From an uncultured Gammaproteobacteria bacterium (lineage in GTDB: Bacteria > Patescibacteriota > Microgenomatia > Levybacterales > UBA12049), in contig CAZNAA010000001.1 in NCBI GenBank assembly GCA_964571255.1, positions 254,986 through 318,985 of the forward strand: a stretch of 64,000 bases of DNA, in the 5' to 3' direction. Within the stretch, counting starts at the first letter, position 1. Every line of letters starts with the position of its first letter. The translations under genes and the position numbers were made by a program. Shown one piece after another: positions 28,620-38,077 of the stretch. The notes below the pieces were generated by a model. That model was given only the letters and a program-made list of their open reading frames with translations. It had not been told where the DNA came from and ran no database searches.

Positions 28620-29334
28620 ATATAGTTAAAAAGATAAAGATAGTATATATAACTCCCACAAAAATAGGAATAGCATAACCTTTAACTAAAACCACACCTG
28701 TCCAAAAACTAAGAAGAAATAAAAGACTATATACACCTGATAACGGAAGGGATTTTTGTATTTTTTTATACCAAAAATAATAAAGTAAAGCTCCGGTTAA
28801 TATCCACCCCAAAAAGTTCATAAGAGGAACTTGGTAAAACATGCCTCCTTTTTCGTATGTCCATAATCCCATCGCAACTGCTCCTGGATCTATTACTAAG
28901 TCTGTTGCCATAAGAAGAAATGGTGCTGTAACTAAAGGAGAAAATTGTTTAGGAAGATATGAGACTAGAGAAAGTACTCCCAAAAAGAGAGGAATAAATC
29001 CTAATGGAACAATGAGAGGGGTAAGAAAAAATAGTTTAGGTAATAAATATGATGCATAGATAAAATGACCGTAGGGGTATCCCGTAAGTAAGGCGATAGT
29101 TTCTATAGCTAAAATACATCCAGCAAGTATAAGTAAAATACGAATTCCTTCTTTCCTCCCCCATATACGTATGCAGGTAATACAAACTGGTAATGCAAAA
29201 AGAAGTGGAATGAGAAATGCTATTACACTATTTGATGGAAGAGATATATTTCCAACACCAACGCCCCCTAAAAAGAGTGTTATAGATAAAAAAAGAAGAA
29301 TTTTCATAAGAATCGTACTCCTAATAATAACCAT
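28585..29334 (-). CDS. Carotenoid biosynthesis membrane protein (CruF/PF04240-like or fused lycopene-cyclase-domain protein)
   Basis: 249-aa polytopic membrane protein embedded in the crt operon between the UbiA prenyltransferase and idi; overlaps both neighbours. Confidence 0.5.
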   Translation of the reverse strand: MVIIRSTILMKILLFLSITLFLGGVGVGNISLPSNSVIAFLIPLLFALPVCITCIRIWGRKEGIRILLILAGCILAIETIALLTGYPYGHFIYASYLLPKLFFLTPLIVPLGFIPLFLGVLSLVSYLPKQFSPLVTAPFLLMATDLVIDPGAVAMGLWTYEKGGMFYQVPLMNFLGWILTGALLYYFWYKKIQKSLPLSGVYSLLFLLSFWTGVVLVKGYAIPIFVGVIYTIFIFLTIYATFPRTRNTS

Positions 29335-30143
29335 ATTAGTAATCCTGTGACAAGATTAAGTTGAGGAAAATACCAATATATTTTTACGAGTTGTTCTTTC
29401 GATGCGTATAGTAAACATAAGGGAAGAAGAGGGTAAATACTTCCTAAGAGGAAAAGTGGTGACCAAGTAGTTGCTAATAACATACTACTACTCCATAAAA
29501 ACGTACAGAGAAGAAGACTTTTTTTTGTTCCAAGATATACAGCAGTCGTTATTATACCTGCTTTTTTGTCATAGACGATATCAGGAATTGCTGAGAATAA
29601 ATGCATTGCACTTAGCCAACACCAAGTCGATAGGATAATACTAATAGATGGAATATCTCCTGTAAGATCTGTATAAACAAAGAATCCAGGAAGTGCGTAT
29701 AGAATATTTGAGGCAGAATCAAGAAAAAGACGTGATTTAAATCTAATAGGTTTTAGGCTATAAAATAAACTAAGAAAAATAAAAAGACTTAAGATACTAA
29801 GTGATAGGAATGTTTTGAATATAAAGAATAGTGGAATAAGCAATGTAAAAGATATTCCAATAGCAGAAAGATACAATTTGTAAGTGTTTTTTTTAATCTG
29901 TATCTCTTTATCCAGTTTTTTTGGATTGTTACTATCTGTGTCTGCGTCTGAGATGTCATTTACTCCGTACAAGATGATATTTGCTGGAATGAGAAACCAA
30001 AAAAAAGTGTACCAAAAAGAAAAAGAAGTAAAAAAACTGAGTGAAGCTGTTCCAGCAATACTACCTACTAAGAATGGTCCAGCCAGATAAAACCAAAATC
30101 GTGGTCTGGAAAGAGAAAGAAAGGTGGAAACGGTTGATTTCAT
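29304..30143 (-). CDS. UbiA-family prenyltransferase (lycopene elongase CrtEb/LyeJ-like)
   Basis: NDISDADTD (NDxxDxxxD) motif, 8-9 TM helices, operonic with crtI/crtB. Confidence 0.75.
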   Translation of the reverse strand: MKSTVSTFLSLSRPRFWFYLAGPFLVGSIAGTASLSFFTSFSFWYTFFWFLIPANIILYGVNDISDADTDSNNPKKLDKEIQIKKNTYKLYLSAIGISFTLLIPLFFIFKTFLSLSILSLFIFLSLFYSLKPIRFKSRLFLDSASNILYALPGFFVYTDLTGDIPSISIILSTWCWLSAMHLFSAIPDIVYDKKAGIITTAVYLGTKKSLLLCTFLWSSSMLLATTWSPLFLLGSIYPLLPLCLLYASKEQLVKIYWYFPQLNLVTGLLIWLLLGVRFL

Positions 30144-31204
30144 ACTTTACGCTGTAAATTGTACTGTAGAAATTCTGATAAAATATTTCTTGGATCTCCT
30201 GCAGGTAAACTCTCAATCAGAGTTGTTGCTTCGGTTACGAAAGTAGAAAGAATAGTATCAATGTGACGACTAATATTATATTTGGTATAGTATTCTCTCA
30301 GTTGCACTAGTTGTTGTGTAGAAAGAGTATCGTTTCCAAAACATTTCTCTAGAAACTCTTTGTGTATGTCTGGTGTATGTTCAAAAAGTAGTTGTCTGAT
30401 AAGAGTTTTTTTATTTTCTCTAATATCTGAACCTTCAGGTTTTCCTATTTCGGTTGATTTTCCTAGAAATCCTATTTCATCATCTTTGATCTGAAAAATT
30501 ATCCCTATACTTTTCCCTAATTCTTCTAGAGTCTGACATAAAGACTCAGATGCCCCTGCTTTATTGGCACCAAGAAGAAGTGGAAGAACAACGGAGTAAT
30601 ATGCTGTTTTATTTAAATAGATAGAGAGAATTTGTTCACTTGTTGCAGTATCTTTTGTCATTCCTAAGCGAAAATCAAGCATCTGAGCAAAAATACATCT
30701 TTCAAATGTGTGAGTATACCAAGTAAAACTACTATTAGAAACATGAGATGACTCTCCTGTTAGTCCTTTACTTAATGTTTCAAATGCAAGAAAGAAACAA
30801 ATATCACCAGCACAAATTCCCATCCCTTGACCAAAGAAAAGTGAATTTTTAACTTGTTCTTCCTTTCCTTTGTCAGCATATTGTGCATAAATTGTTTTTT
30901 CACCTCGTCTTAGCTCATCCTGATCCATAATATCGTCATGAATCAACGCTCCGGCTTGTGTTAGTTCCATCGCAACTGCTAGATCTAATACTTCATCTAT
31001 TTTTTTCCCTCCAGCCATTTCGTAGCCAAGCAGTACCAGGATAGGACGTAACATTTTCCCTTTTGAGGTAAATATTTCTAATCGATTAAGAAGCTCAACT
31101 GCTTGTTCATCATATGAAAAAAAAGTTCGTTTTTCTGCAAAAAACCGTTGAAGTTTAATCGTGATAAATGGTTTATTTGTGGTAATATATTTTTTTAAGT
31201 TCAT
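30140..31204 (-). CDS. Polyprenyl (geranylgeranyl) diphosphate synthase
   Basis: FARM motif ALIHDDIMDQD; second motif GIIFQIKDDEIG (degenerate DDxxD). Confidence 0.8.
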   Translation of the reverse strand: MNLKKYITTNKPFITIKLQRFFAEKRTFFSYDEQAVELLNRLEIFTSKGKMLRPILVLLGYEMAGGKKIDEVLDLAVAMELTQAGALIHDDIMDQDELRRGEKTIYAQYADKGKEEQVKNSLFFGQGMGICAGDICFFLAFETLSKGLTGESSHVSNSSFTWYTHTFERCIFAQMLDFRLGMTKDTATSEQILSIYLNKTAYYSVVLPLLLGANKAGASESLCQTLEELGKSIGIIFQIKDDEIGFLGKSTEIGKPEGSDIRENKKTLIRQLLFEHTPDIHKEFLEKCFGNDTLSTQQLVQLREYYTKYNISRHIDTILSTFVTEATTLIESLPAGDPRNILSEFLQYNLQRKV

Positions 31205-32004
31205 GAGCTAAACATATTTTTAAATATAGTTAGTATAACAAGTCTTTTATTTGGTTTTACTTTTTTTCTCCAAATAACACTTGGATCTTTTTCAATTTGT
31301 TTCGCTGTCCATTTATACATATCTCCTGCAGTTTTAATCGGAACAAGGTATCTTTTAGGAATATATTTATACCCTTTTTCAGCCTCAATTTGCAACTCTG
31401 AGAATCTTTTTAGTTCAAATTGAATAAATTTTTTTACATCCTTAGTATAAACAGAAAGAGTTTGAATGTGAAATTTCTCTAATTCTACTTTTGGTAGGTA
31501 GGTTCTTCCTAGTGAAATATCTTCTGTAATATCTCGAAGCATATTTATAAACTGCATTGATTCTCCAAGTTTTTGAGCGTACGGATAGGATTTTTCAGGG
31601 AGAGATAAAATTTTTGCCATAAACAACCCGATTACTTCAGCAGAGCCATAAATATATTTTTTTAGGGTATGATATGTCTGATATTTATTAATAGTTAAAT
31701 CCATTTCTAAAGAGTATAAAAATGCTTTTGTCCATTCTGTTTTAAATTGTTTCTTTCTTGACAGTTCAACAAATTCTTGAATAATAAGATTTTCGCTCTT
31801 TCCACTTATAAGTGCTGCCAGTGTCTCTATTTTAAAGTCTTGAAATGCTTTTTTATTTTGAGGAAGTGTATCTACAAAGTCATCAGCTGTTCTTACAAAG
31901 GCATATAAAGTAAATACATCTTCTTTTACCTCTCTAGGAAAAAATAGACTAGCAGTGTGAAAAGTAACACTGGCGTTTTTAAAAATAAGGTGTTTATTGT
32001 TCAT
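31201..32004 (-). CDS. crtB: Phytoene (squalene/phytoene family) synthase
   Basis: YAFVRTADDFVD Asp-rich motif, second motif region MQFINMLRDITED. Confidence 0.8.
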   Translation of the reverse strand: MNNKHLIFKNASVTFHTASLFFPREVKEDVFTLYAFVRTADDFVDTLPQNKKAFQDFKIETLAALISGKSENLIIQEFVELSRKKQFKTEWTKAFLYSLEMDLTINKYQTYHTLKKYIYGSAEVIGLFMAKILSLPEKSYPYAQKLGESMQFINMLRDITEDISLGRTYLPKVELEKFHIQTLSVYTKDVKKFIQFELKRFSELQIEAEKGYKYIPKRYLVPIKTAGDMYKWTAKQIEKDPSVIWRKKVKPNKRLVILTIFKNMFSS

Positions 32005-33487
32005 GATGAATTCGATTAGCTACTAATTCAGCTGAGATAAGACAAATTGGCATTCCAATTCCAGGTTGGGTATATTGTCCAACAAAATACAGATTTGAAA
32101 CCTTTTTACTTTTGTTTTGTGGTCGAAAAAAAGCTGTTTGAAATAATGTATGAGCAAGTCCTAATGCTGTTCCTTTGTAGGCATTATATCTTCCTTGAAA
32201 GTCTCGTTGGGTGAAAATCCTTTTTACCACTATTCTATCTTGAAATCGTTCATCGATTTGTTTTTCTAAATCTGAAAGTACCTGTTTTGCGTACTTTTCT
32301 CTTTGTACATCTGTATCTTTTAAGCCTGAGGCAATAGGTGTGAGGAAAAAAATATTTTCTGAATCTTTAGGAGCTACAGATGAGTCAGACTTTGAAGGAG
32401 CACAAACATAATAAGACGGCTTTTTAGGCCAAGAAGGATTCTTGAAAATCTCATCAAAATGAGCTCTCCAATCATTAGCAAAGAAGAGATTATGATGAGA
32501 CAAGTTTTGTACTCGTCCCTTTATTCCTAGATACATAAGAAAAGTGGATGGAGCAAGTGTTTTCTTTTTCCAATATGATTCAGAGTATGTTTGCCATTCT
32601 TTCGTAAGTAATTGAGTCTCAACGTGATGATAATCAGCATTTGCTAGAACAATGTCTGCACGCAAAAGTTTCTTGTTACTTATTACACCAATTGCTTTCC
32701 CATTCTCAACAATAATCTGCTCAACAGATTCCTTTGTTTTAATAATCACCTCATTATCTTTACAAAGTGTTATTAATCCTTTTATAACTTCATACATTCC
32801 ACCCATCGGATAGAATACTCCCATATGAAAATCAATATGAGACATTAAAGAATAAAATGCGGGAGTATTATGGGGAGATCCTCCTAAAAACACAATCGTG
32901 TATTCTAAAATTTGTTTTATCCGTTCATCTTTTACGTATCCTGAAACAAAACTATCAAGCGATTTATAAATAGGGAGTTTACGACCCTCTCTCATAATAT
33001 CTTTTTTAAGAAAATCTGTAATCGAAGTGAAATTGTTATACAAAAGGTGTGTTACTGAAGCTACATACATTTTTTCAGCTTGTTCTAAATATTCGGAAAC
33101 TTTTTTACCAGCACCCTTTTCCATTTTTTCAAATAGTGCAAGATTTTCTTTTAAGTTTGATGAAATATCAACAAACTCTCCTGAGCCAAAAAAAACTCGG
33201 TATTGAGGATTTAATCGTTTAAGTTTAAAAAAATCACTTGGTTTTTTTCCAAAATAGGAAAAATATTTTTCAAATACATCTGGCATTAAATACCATGATG
33301 GTCCCATGTCAAAAGTAAACCCTTTTTCTGAAAAAATAGATGCTCTTCCTCCTACCATCTCATTTTTTTCAAGAAGGGTTACGCTATACCCCTTTTTTCC
33401 TAGAAGTGCTGCGGTAGCTAATCCACCAATTCCTCCACCAATTATAATAATTTTTTTCACTTCCTTATTATACAGATAGATTGACAA
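31994..33487 (-). CDS. crtI: Phytoene desaturase (CrtI family FAD-dependent oxidoreductase)
   Basis: Rossmann fold IIIGGGIGGLATAALLGKKGYSVTLLEKNEMVGGRA, C-terminal GQYTQPGIGMPIC. Confidence 0.85.
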   Translation of the reverse strand: MSIYLYNKEVKKIIIIGGGIGGLATAALLGKKGYSVTLLEKNEMVGGRASIFSEKGFTFDMGPSWYLMPDVFEKYFSYFGKKPSDFFKLKRLNPQYRVFFGSGEFVDISSNLKENLALFEKMEKGAGKKVSEYLEQAEKMYVASVTHLLYNNFTSITDFLKKDIMREGRKLPIYKSLDSFVSGYVKDERIKQILEYTIVFLGGSPHNTPAFYSLMSHIDFHMGVFYPMGGMYEVIKGLITLCKDNEVIIKTKESVEQIIVENGKAIGVISNKKLLRADIVLANADYHHVETQLLTKEWQTYSESYWKKKTLAPSTFLMYLGIKGRVQNLSHHNLFFANDWRAHFDEIFKNPSWPKKPSYYVCAPSKSDSSVAPKDSENIFFLTPIASGLKDTDVQREKYAKQVLSDLEKQIDERFQDRIVVKRIFTQRDFQGRYNAYKGTALGLAHTLFQTAFFRPQNKSKKVSNLYFVGQYTQPGIGMPICLISAELVANRIHHEQ

Positions 33488-33508
33488 TTCAGGGGTACTT
33501 CTTCTAGG

Positions 33509-33871
33509 ATGAGTATGGGTATGGACAATTTTCTTATTTTTGTGCTTTCATCATGCCTTGCTTATCTTATCTTCTCTTATTTTACAGATTCGCCAAAGGA
33601 TTTAAAATCTAAAAAACACCGTCTCCCAAAATTAAAATATAAAAATGTAGAATTTTCTCCCTATGTACGTATTCATATACGAAAAAAAACATTTCATTTG
33701 CATCATTGGATTACTTTAACTTTTATTACAGGAATTACCTTCTTGTGGACAGATAGTTTTTCTCACTATTTACTTCTTAAGGCTGCAGGTATTGGTGGAA
33801 TTATTCAAGGACTAAGATACAAAGATAGATTTAAATTTTGGTATCCTCGAGGAACTGATCACAGGAGTTAA
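33509..33871 (+). CDS. Small membrane protein, uncharacterised
   Basis: 120-aa ORF with 3 hydrophobic segments; starts only 21 nt from the divergent crtI start, so the true start may be later. Confidence 0.3.
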   Translation: MSMGMDNFLIFVLSSCLAYLIFSYFTDSPKDLKSKKHRLPKLKYKNVEFSPYVRIHIRKKTFHLHHWITLTFITGITFLWTDSFSHYLLLKAAGIGGIIQGLRYKDRFKFWYPRGTDHRS

Positions 33872-35691
33872 CGGTTTGAACGTACACGATCAAGTCTACT
33901 TAAATATTTTTTTCGAAGTCTTAAATTTTCTGGTGTTACTTCAAGTAATTCGTCCTCTTCTAAAAAGTCCAAACATTGTTCAAGGCTCATTGCTGTTGGC
34001 GGTGTAAGCGCGATTGCCATGTCTGCTCCACTTGATCGCATATTAGTTTGTTTCTTCTCTTTTGTTACATTGATCTCAATATCTTCTCCTCGAGCATGAA
34101 GTCCGATGATCATACCTTCATATACTTTAGTTCCAGCTGTTATGAATGTTGTTCCTCTCTCTTGTGCATTTTGTAGTCCGTATGTGAGTGCAACTCCTCC
34201 TTCTGAGGTAATAAGTACTCCATTTCTAATTTTTGGGAGTGGTGGAGAAATAGGAGCATAGGAATCAAACATAGTATTAAGAATCGCTGTACCTTTAGTA
34301 CGGGTCAAAAGAATACTTCTCAATCCAATCATCCCTTTTGAAGTAATGATATATTCTAAACGAGTTGATCCTTTCCCATCTGTTTCCATATTTTTCATTG
34401 TTCCTTTTCGTTTTCCAATTTCTTCAGTAATTTGTCCAACAAAATCATCAGGAACATCAACAATTAACTCCTCAACAGGTTCCATTTGTTTCCCATCAAT
34501 CTCTTTTGTGATAACTTCTGGTTTTCCTACTTGGAATTCGTATCCTTCTCGTCTTAACGTTTCGATAAGAACAGAGAGATGTAACTCTCCTCGTCCAGAA
34601 ACAATAAATACTCCCCCATCCATTACTTCAAGTCGAAGACTAACGTTTGTTTCTAATTCTTTGGTGAGTCGCTCAAGAAGTTGTCGGGAGTTTGAAAATT
34701 GTCCTTCTTTTCCTGCAAAAGGAGAAGTGTTTGCTGAAAAACTAATTTTAATGGTTGGTTCTTCAATAGAAAGACGTGGAAGAGGTGTTTTATCAGAAGG
34801 GTCTGTAATGGTATCTCCAATTTCTGCTGCTTCAAATCCAGTAATTTCGACAATATCTCCAGCAACTGCTTCTTGAACTAGTTGTTTTTTAAGCCCAAGT
34901 GTTACATACATATGCTCAATTCTTCCTTGAATTTCTTTATTTTCTTTTAAGAGAATAAGGGGTTGATTTATACTCGCTTTACCACTGATAATTCTCCCAA
35001 TAATATGTTTTCCTTTATGAGTATCATAATCAAGGGCTGAGACAAGTAACTTAAATTCCCCTTCGACTATAGGAGGACTGGATATTTCAGCAATGATAGC
35101 GTCAAGAATTACTTTTAATGAGTCACTTTCTCCTACTTCTTCAGGAGTTGTTGCAGCCTTTCCTTCTCTTCCTATAGCGAAAAAGATAGGAAAGTCCAAC
35201 TGAGACGATTCAGTTGCAAGTTCTAAAAATAAATCACTTGTCTTCTCAAGTGTTTTTGGAATATCTGCAAGTTGCTTATCAATTTTATTAATAACTACAA
35301 TAACTTTAAGTCCTAATCCTAACGCCTTTTTTAGTACAAATTTGGTTTGAGGCATAGGTCCTTCTTGCGCATCAATAATAAGAAGTGCTCCATCTGCCAT
35401 ATTCAGAGTTCTTTCCACTTCTCCTGAAAAGTCAGCGTGTCCTGGAGTATCAATAATATTAATCTTATGTTCCTTATAAAAAATGGCAGTATTCTTAGCA
35501 AGAATAGTAATTCCTCGCTCTCTCTCTAAAGGATTAGAATCCATAATAGTAGTCTGAGTCATTTCTGCTTCATTTTGTCTAAATGTATCAGACTGTTTAA
35601 GCATGAAATCCACAAGAGTAGTTTTGCCATGATCAACGTGGGCGATAACAGCGATATTTCGAATATTGGTAGATAAATAACTATTTTCCAT
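33868..35691 (-). CDS. typA: Translational GTPase TypA/BipA
   Basis: MENSYLSTNIRNIAVIAHVDHGKTTLVD G1 box, DTPGHADF, NKID. The ORF track extends to a TTG at 35772, but the ATG at 35689-35691 matches the BipA N-terminus. Confidence 0.9.
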   Translation of the reverse strand: MENSYLSTNIRNIAVIAHVDHGKTTLVDFMLKQSDTFRQNEAEMTQTTIMDSNPLERERGITILAKNTAIFYKEHKINIIDTPGHADFSGEVERTLNMADGALLIIDAQEGPMPQTKFVLKKALGLGLKVIVVINKIDKQLADIPKTLEKTSDLFLELATESSQLDFPIFFAIGREGKAATTPEEVGESDSLKVILDAIIAEISSPPIVEGEFKLLVSALDYDTHKGKHIIGRIISGKASINQPLILLKENKEIQGRIEHMYVTLGLKKQLVQEAVAGDIVEITGFEAAEIGDTITDPSDKTPLPRLSIEEPTIKISFSANTSPFAGKEGQFSNSRQLLERLTKELETNVSLRLEVMDGGVFIVSGRGELHLSVLIETLRREGYEFQVGKPEVITKEIDGKQMEPVEELIVDVPDDFVGQITEEIGKRKGTMKNMETDGKGSTRLEYIITSKGMIGLRSILLTRTKGTAILNTMFDSYAPISPPLPKIRNGVLITSEGGVALTYGLQNAQERGTTFITAGTKVYEGMIIGLHARGEDIEINVTKEKKQTNMRSSGADMAIALTPPTAMSLEQCLDFLEEDELLEVTPENLRLRKKYLSRLDRVRSNR

Positions 35692-35771
35692 AAAAAAACC
35701 AGCCGTGCTGGTTAGCGTCTTACTATTATAGGTGATTTGACAATAAAACACAAAGGTATATAATTTCAGCA

Positions 35772-36269
35772 ATGAATAACCTTCGTATTCTTCTTATTCT
35801 TGTTCTGCTTCTTATTGTTGTTAGCGCACTACAAGCCGTGTTTGTTAAGAAAGAATCAATCAGTATTTCCCCCACTCCCACTCCTTCAGAAAAGAAGAAA
35901 ATGTCACCATCTGCGACTCCAACTCCAGAAGTACAAACATTTTTTAATTCCTCTCCAACGAGTACTCCCACCCCTACTCCTTCTTCATTACCAAATCAAT
36001 CTAGTGGAAATTATCAATATCCTGGAAGTACATCAGTTGGTGGAAATACGTATAAAAGCACGGTGGATCCTGATGTTATTACTGAATGGTATAGACAAAA
36101 GTTTGCTGATGAAGGAATGGGTGCAACCTCTGTGATTAAAACGAAAGCAAACGAGAAAGTGATAAATAAGATTGTGGCAGCAGATAATAGTAAACAAGTG
36201 AGTGTGGAAATCACTCGAGATCCTGGACAAGCAGAGACTATGATTGTCGTCTTAGTAACTTCTTCTTAA
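35772..36269 (+). CDS. Secreted protein with Pro/Thr/Ser-rich linker
   Basis: Signal peptide, PTPTPS low-complexity region, C-terminal globular segment; 165 aa. Confidence 0.5.
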   Translation: MNNLRILLILVLLLIVVSALQAVFVKKESISISPTPTPSEKKKMSPSATPTPEVQTFFNSSPTSTPTPTPSSLPNQSSGNYQYPGSTSVGGNTYKSTVDPDVITEWYRQKFADEGMGATSVIKTKANEKVINKIVAADNSKQVSVEITRDPGQAETMIVVLVTSS

Positions 36270-36316
36270 TACCTTCCATTTGAACGCATTACTTACTAGT
36301 GATATAATCCTGTAGT

Positions 36317-37054
36317 ATGGCAGTGTATGAAAGAGTATCCAAATCTCGTGGTCTTCTTGTTATGAGTGAAAGAACGAACGGAGGTATTGACCCCAAGTCC
36401 GGAAAAACTGATGGTATGAGGTCTGTTGAGCTTCGGTTCCAAGACACGATTGAAAACCTTCTTAAACGATTATATCTAGACGAAAAAAAGAACCCAGAAC
36501 AAATCGGTACGATTTTTGGGGTTAGTGAAGGAGCGGTAAGAGCTTGGTTAATTAGATCCAATATCCCTCTTCGTACTGTTTCTGAAGCTCGTCAGTTAGT
36601 AGATCATACCATTTTAAGACAAGTAGTAAGAGAAAGAACTATACGTAGACAAAGAGAAGCATTTGGAGGAGATATAAGAGATATGCTTCTTCGAAAACAT
36701 TATATGGAGTATCTTACTATCTCGGAAATAAGTACCTCTACAGGTTTTGCGTACCCAACAGTTGTTGAGTATATGAAAAATAATGGAATGCCTGATATTA
36801 CTCCTACAAAAGGATGGATAAGACAACATACAAAACTTGGAACTTTACTGGGTAAAGTATGGGCTGATCCTACTCTTATGGAAGTTCTCTCAGCAGATGA
36901 GGTTAGCGTATTAAGAAGAAGACATTTGGATGGTATAGCAACACTTGAAGAAATTGGATATGAACTAGAGGTAACTCGGCAAGCAGTTAAACAATTGGAA
37001 GATTCTGCAATTAATAAATTGAAATTAGCAATAAAGTTAAAAAATATTACTTAG
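36317..37054 (+). CDS. Sigma-70 region-4 domain protein with multiple HTH motifs (atypical sigma/transcription regulator)
   Basis: C-terminal LDGIATLEEIGYELEVTRQAVKQLEDSAINKLK is a textbook sigma region 4.2; two further HTH-like segments (PEQIGTIFGVSEGAVRAWLIR; LTISEISTSTGFAYPTVVEYM); regions 2/3 not evident. Confidence 0.5.
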   Translation: MAVYERVSKSRGLLVMSERTNGGIDPKSGKTDGMRSVELRFQDTIENLLKRLYLDEKKNPEQIGTIFGVSEGAVRAWLIRSNIPLRTVSEARQLVDHTILRQVVRERTIRRQREAFGGDIRDMLLRKHYMEYLTISEISTSTGFAYPTVVEYMKNNGMPDITPTKGWIRQHTKLGTLLGKVWADPTLMEVLSADEVSVLRRRHLDGIATLEEIGYELEVTRQAVKQLEDSAINKLKLAIKLKNIT

Positions 37055-37127
37055 TATCTCAATCTCCCCCTTGACATCTTTTTTTCTCCTTGATAACATC
37101 CAGATCAATTAACCTGCCACGTTTAAT

Positions 37128-37847
37128 ATGACAATCGGCAGTAGACCACTTTCATTCTCTCTCCCTCAAATTTCTTTCTCAACATTTATGAAGATGTCTG
37201 AAAAAGTTCGTCATTCACTCAATGATCTTTCAATGTCTACTCATTTCCAATCTATGAGAAATACTCCTCGAAAATTTAAAAACCTGTTTAGAAGTAAAAC
37301 TGTTTTAATTGGCGGAGCGTGTGGATTAGTTCTATTACTCCTTATTGGTTTTGCTCTCAAAACAGCTACACAAACTCCAGCTACGAGTAATGAGCGCCCA
37401 GAGGTTGGAAAACCCTATGCCTCTCAACCCGTGGATAAATCCTTCTCCTTCCCTATTAAAGATGAGACAGGAAAAAAGGTCAGTACAATTAAATACACGA
37501 TTGAAGTTGCAGAGCTGAGAAACGAGATTGTACACAAAGGACAACTGGTGCCAATCATTAAAGGACGAACAGCACTAGCACTTAATGTTAAGTTAACTAA
37601 TAATTTCAACAAACCAGTCAACGTAAATGTCCGTGATTATGTTCGTCTCTCAGTAAATGGAAAAAGTGAGAAATTTGCACCTGAGTTGCATAATGATCCT
37701 GTCGAGTCACAAGCTGGATCAAGTAGAAACACTTGGGCAGGATTTGTGATTAATGAAACAGATACCAAACTTATTCTTCACATCGGAGAATATGTAGGAG
37801 AAAATGCTAGTGGGAAAAAAGAAACAGTGGCACTTACTCTTAAGTAA
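37128..37847 (+). CDS. DUF4352-like secreted/membrane-anchored beta-sandwich protein
   Basis: N-terminal TM anchor; C-terminal domain with the DUF4352-like pattern (IEV...LALNVKLTNN...RLSVNGKS). Confidence 0.5.
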   Translation: MTIGSRPLSFSLPQISFSTFMKMSEKVRHSLNDLSMSTHFQSMRNTPRKFKNLFRSKTVLIGGACGLVLLLLIGFALKTATQTPATSNERPEVGKPYASQPVDKSFSFPIKDETGKKVSTIKYTIEVAELRNEIVHKGQLVPIIKGRTALALNVKLTNNFNKPVNVNVRDYVRLSVNGKSEKFAPELHNDPVESQAGSSRNTWAGFVINETDTKLILHIGEYVGENASGKKETVALTLK

Positions 37848-37870
37848 AAAGATCAGATCCAACATTTACT

Positions 37871-38035
37871 ATGGATTACTCAGTTAAGCAAATAAACGAA
37901 AAACTCATTGAAGAAATTATTCAAGCTCTTAAAAACATTAGGGGTTGGGGAAGTATTGAAATTCAAATCCAAGACTTTAAAGTGATCCAAATAACGGAGC
38001 GAAACATTCGTAAAACACCAAATACTCAGTCGTAG
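37871..38035 (+). CDS. Small DUF2292/YezD-like protein (54 aa), missed by the 60-aa ORF track
   Basis: atg...tag, MDYSVKQINEKLIEEIIQALKNIRGWGSIEIQIQDFKVIQITERNIRKTPNTQS; the GSIEIQIQDFKVIQIER core matches the YezD family. Confidence 0.45.
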   Translation: MDYSVKQINEKLIEEIIQALKNIRGWGSIEIQIQDFKVIQITERNIRKTPNTQS

Positions 38036-38047
38036 TGTTTTGATCTA

Positions 38048-38077
38048 TTGACAAACACTATTCATCTTACATATATT
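38048..38077 (+). promoter_or_regulatory. Sigma-70-like promoter candidate (TTGACA-17-ATATAT) followed by ~300-nt leader for the surface-protein locus
   Basis: TTGACA at 38048-38053, A/T-rich -10 at 38071-38077; strong SD aagggggtgaaa before ATG 38374. Confidence 0.3.

Noticed and set aside
34346-34876. 176-aa plus-strand ORF inside typA
   Set aside because: Antisense to the conserved TypA/BipA gene; Ser/Pro-rich translation characteristic of antisense reading of a GTPase gene
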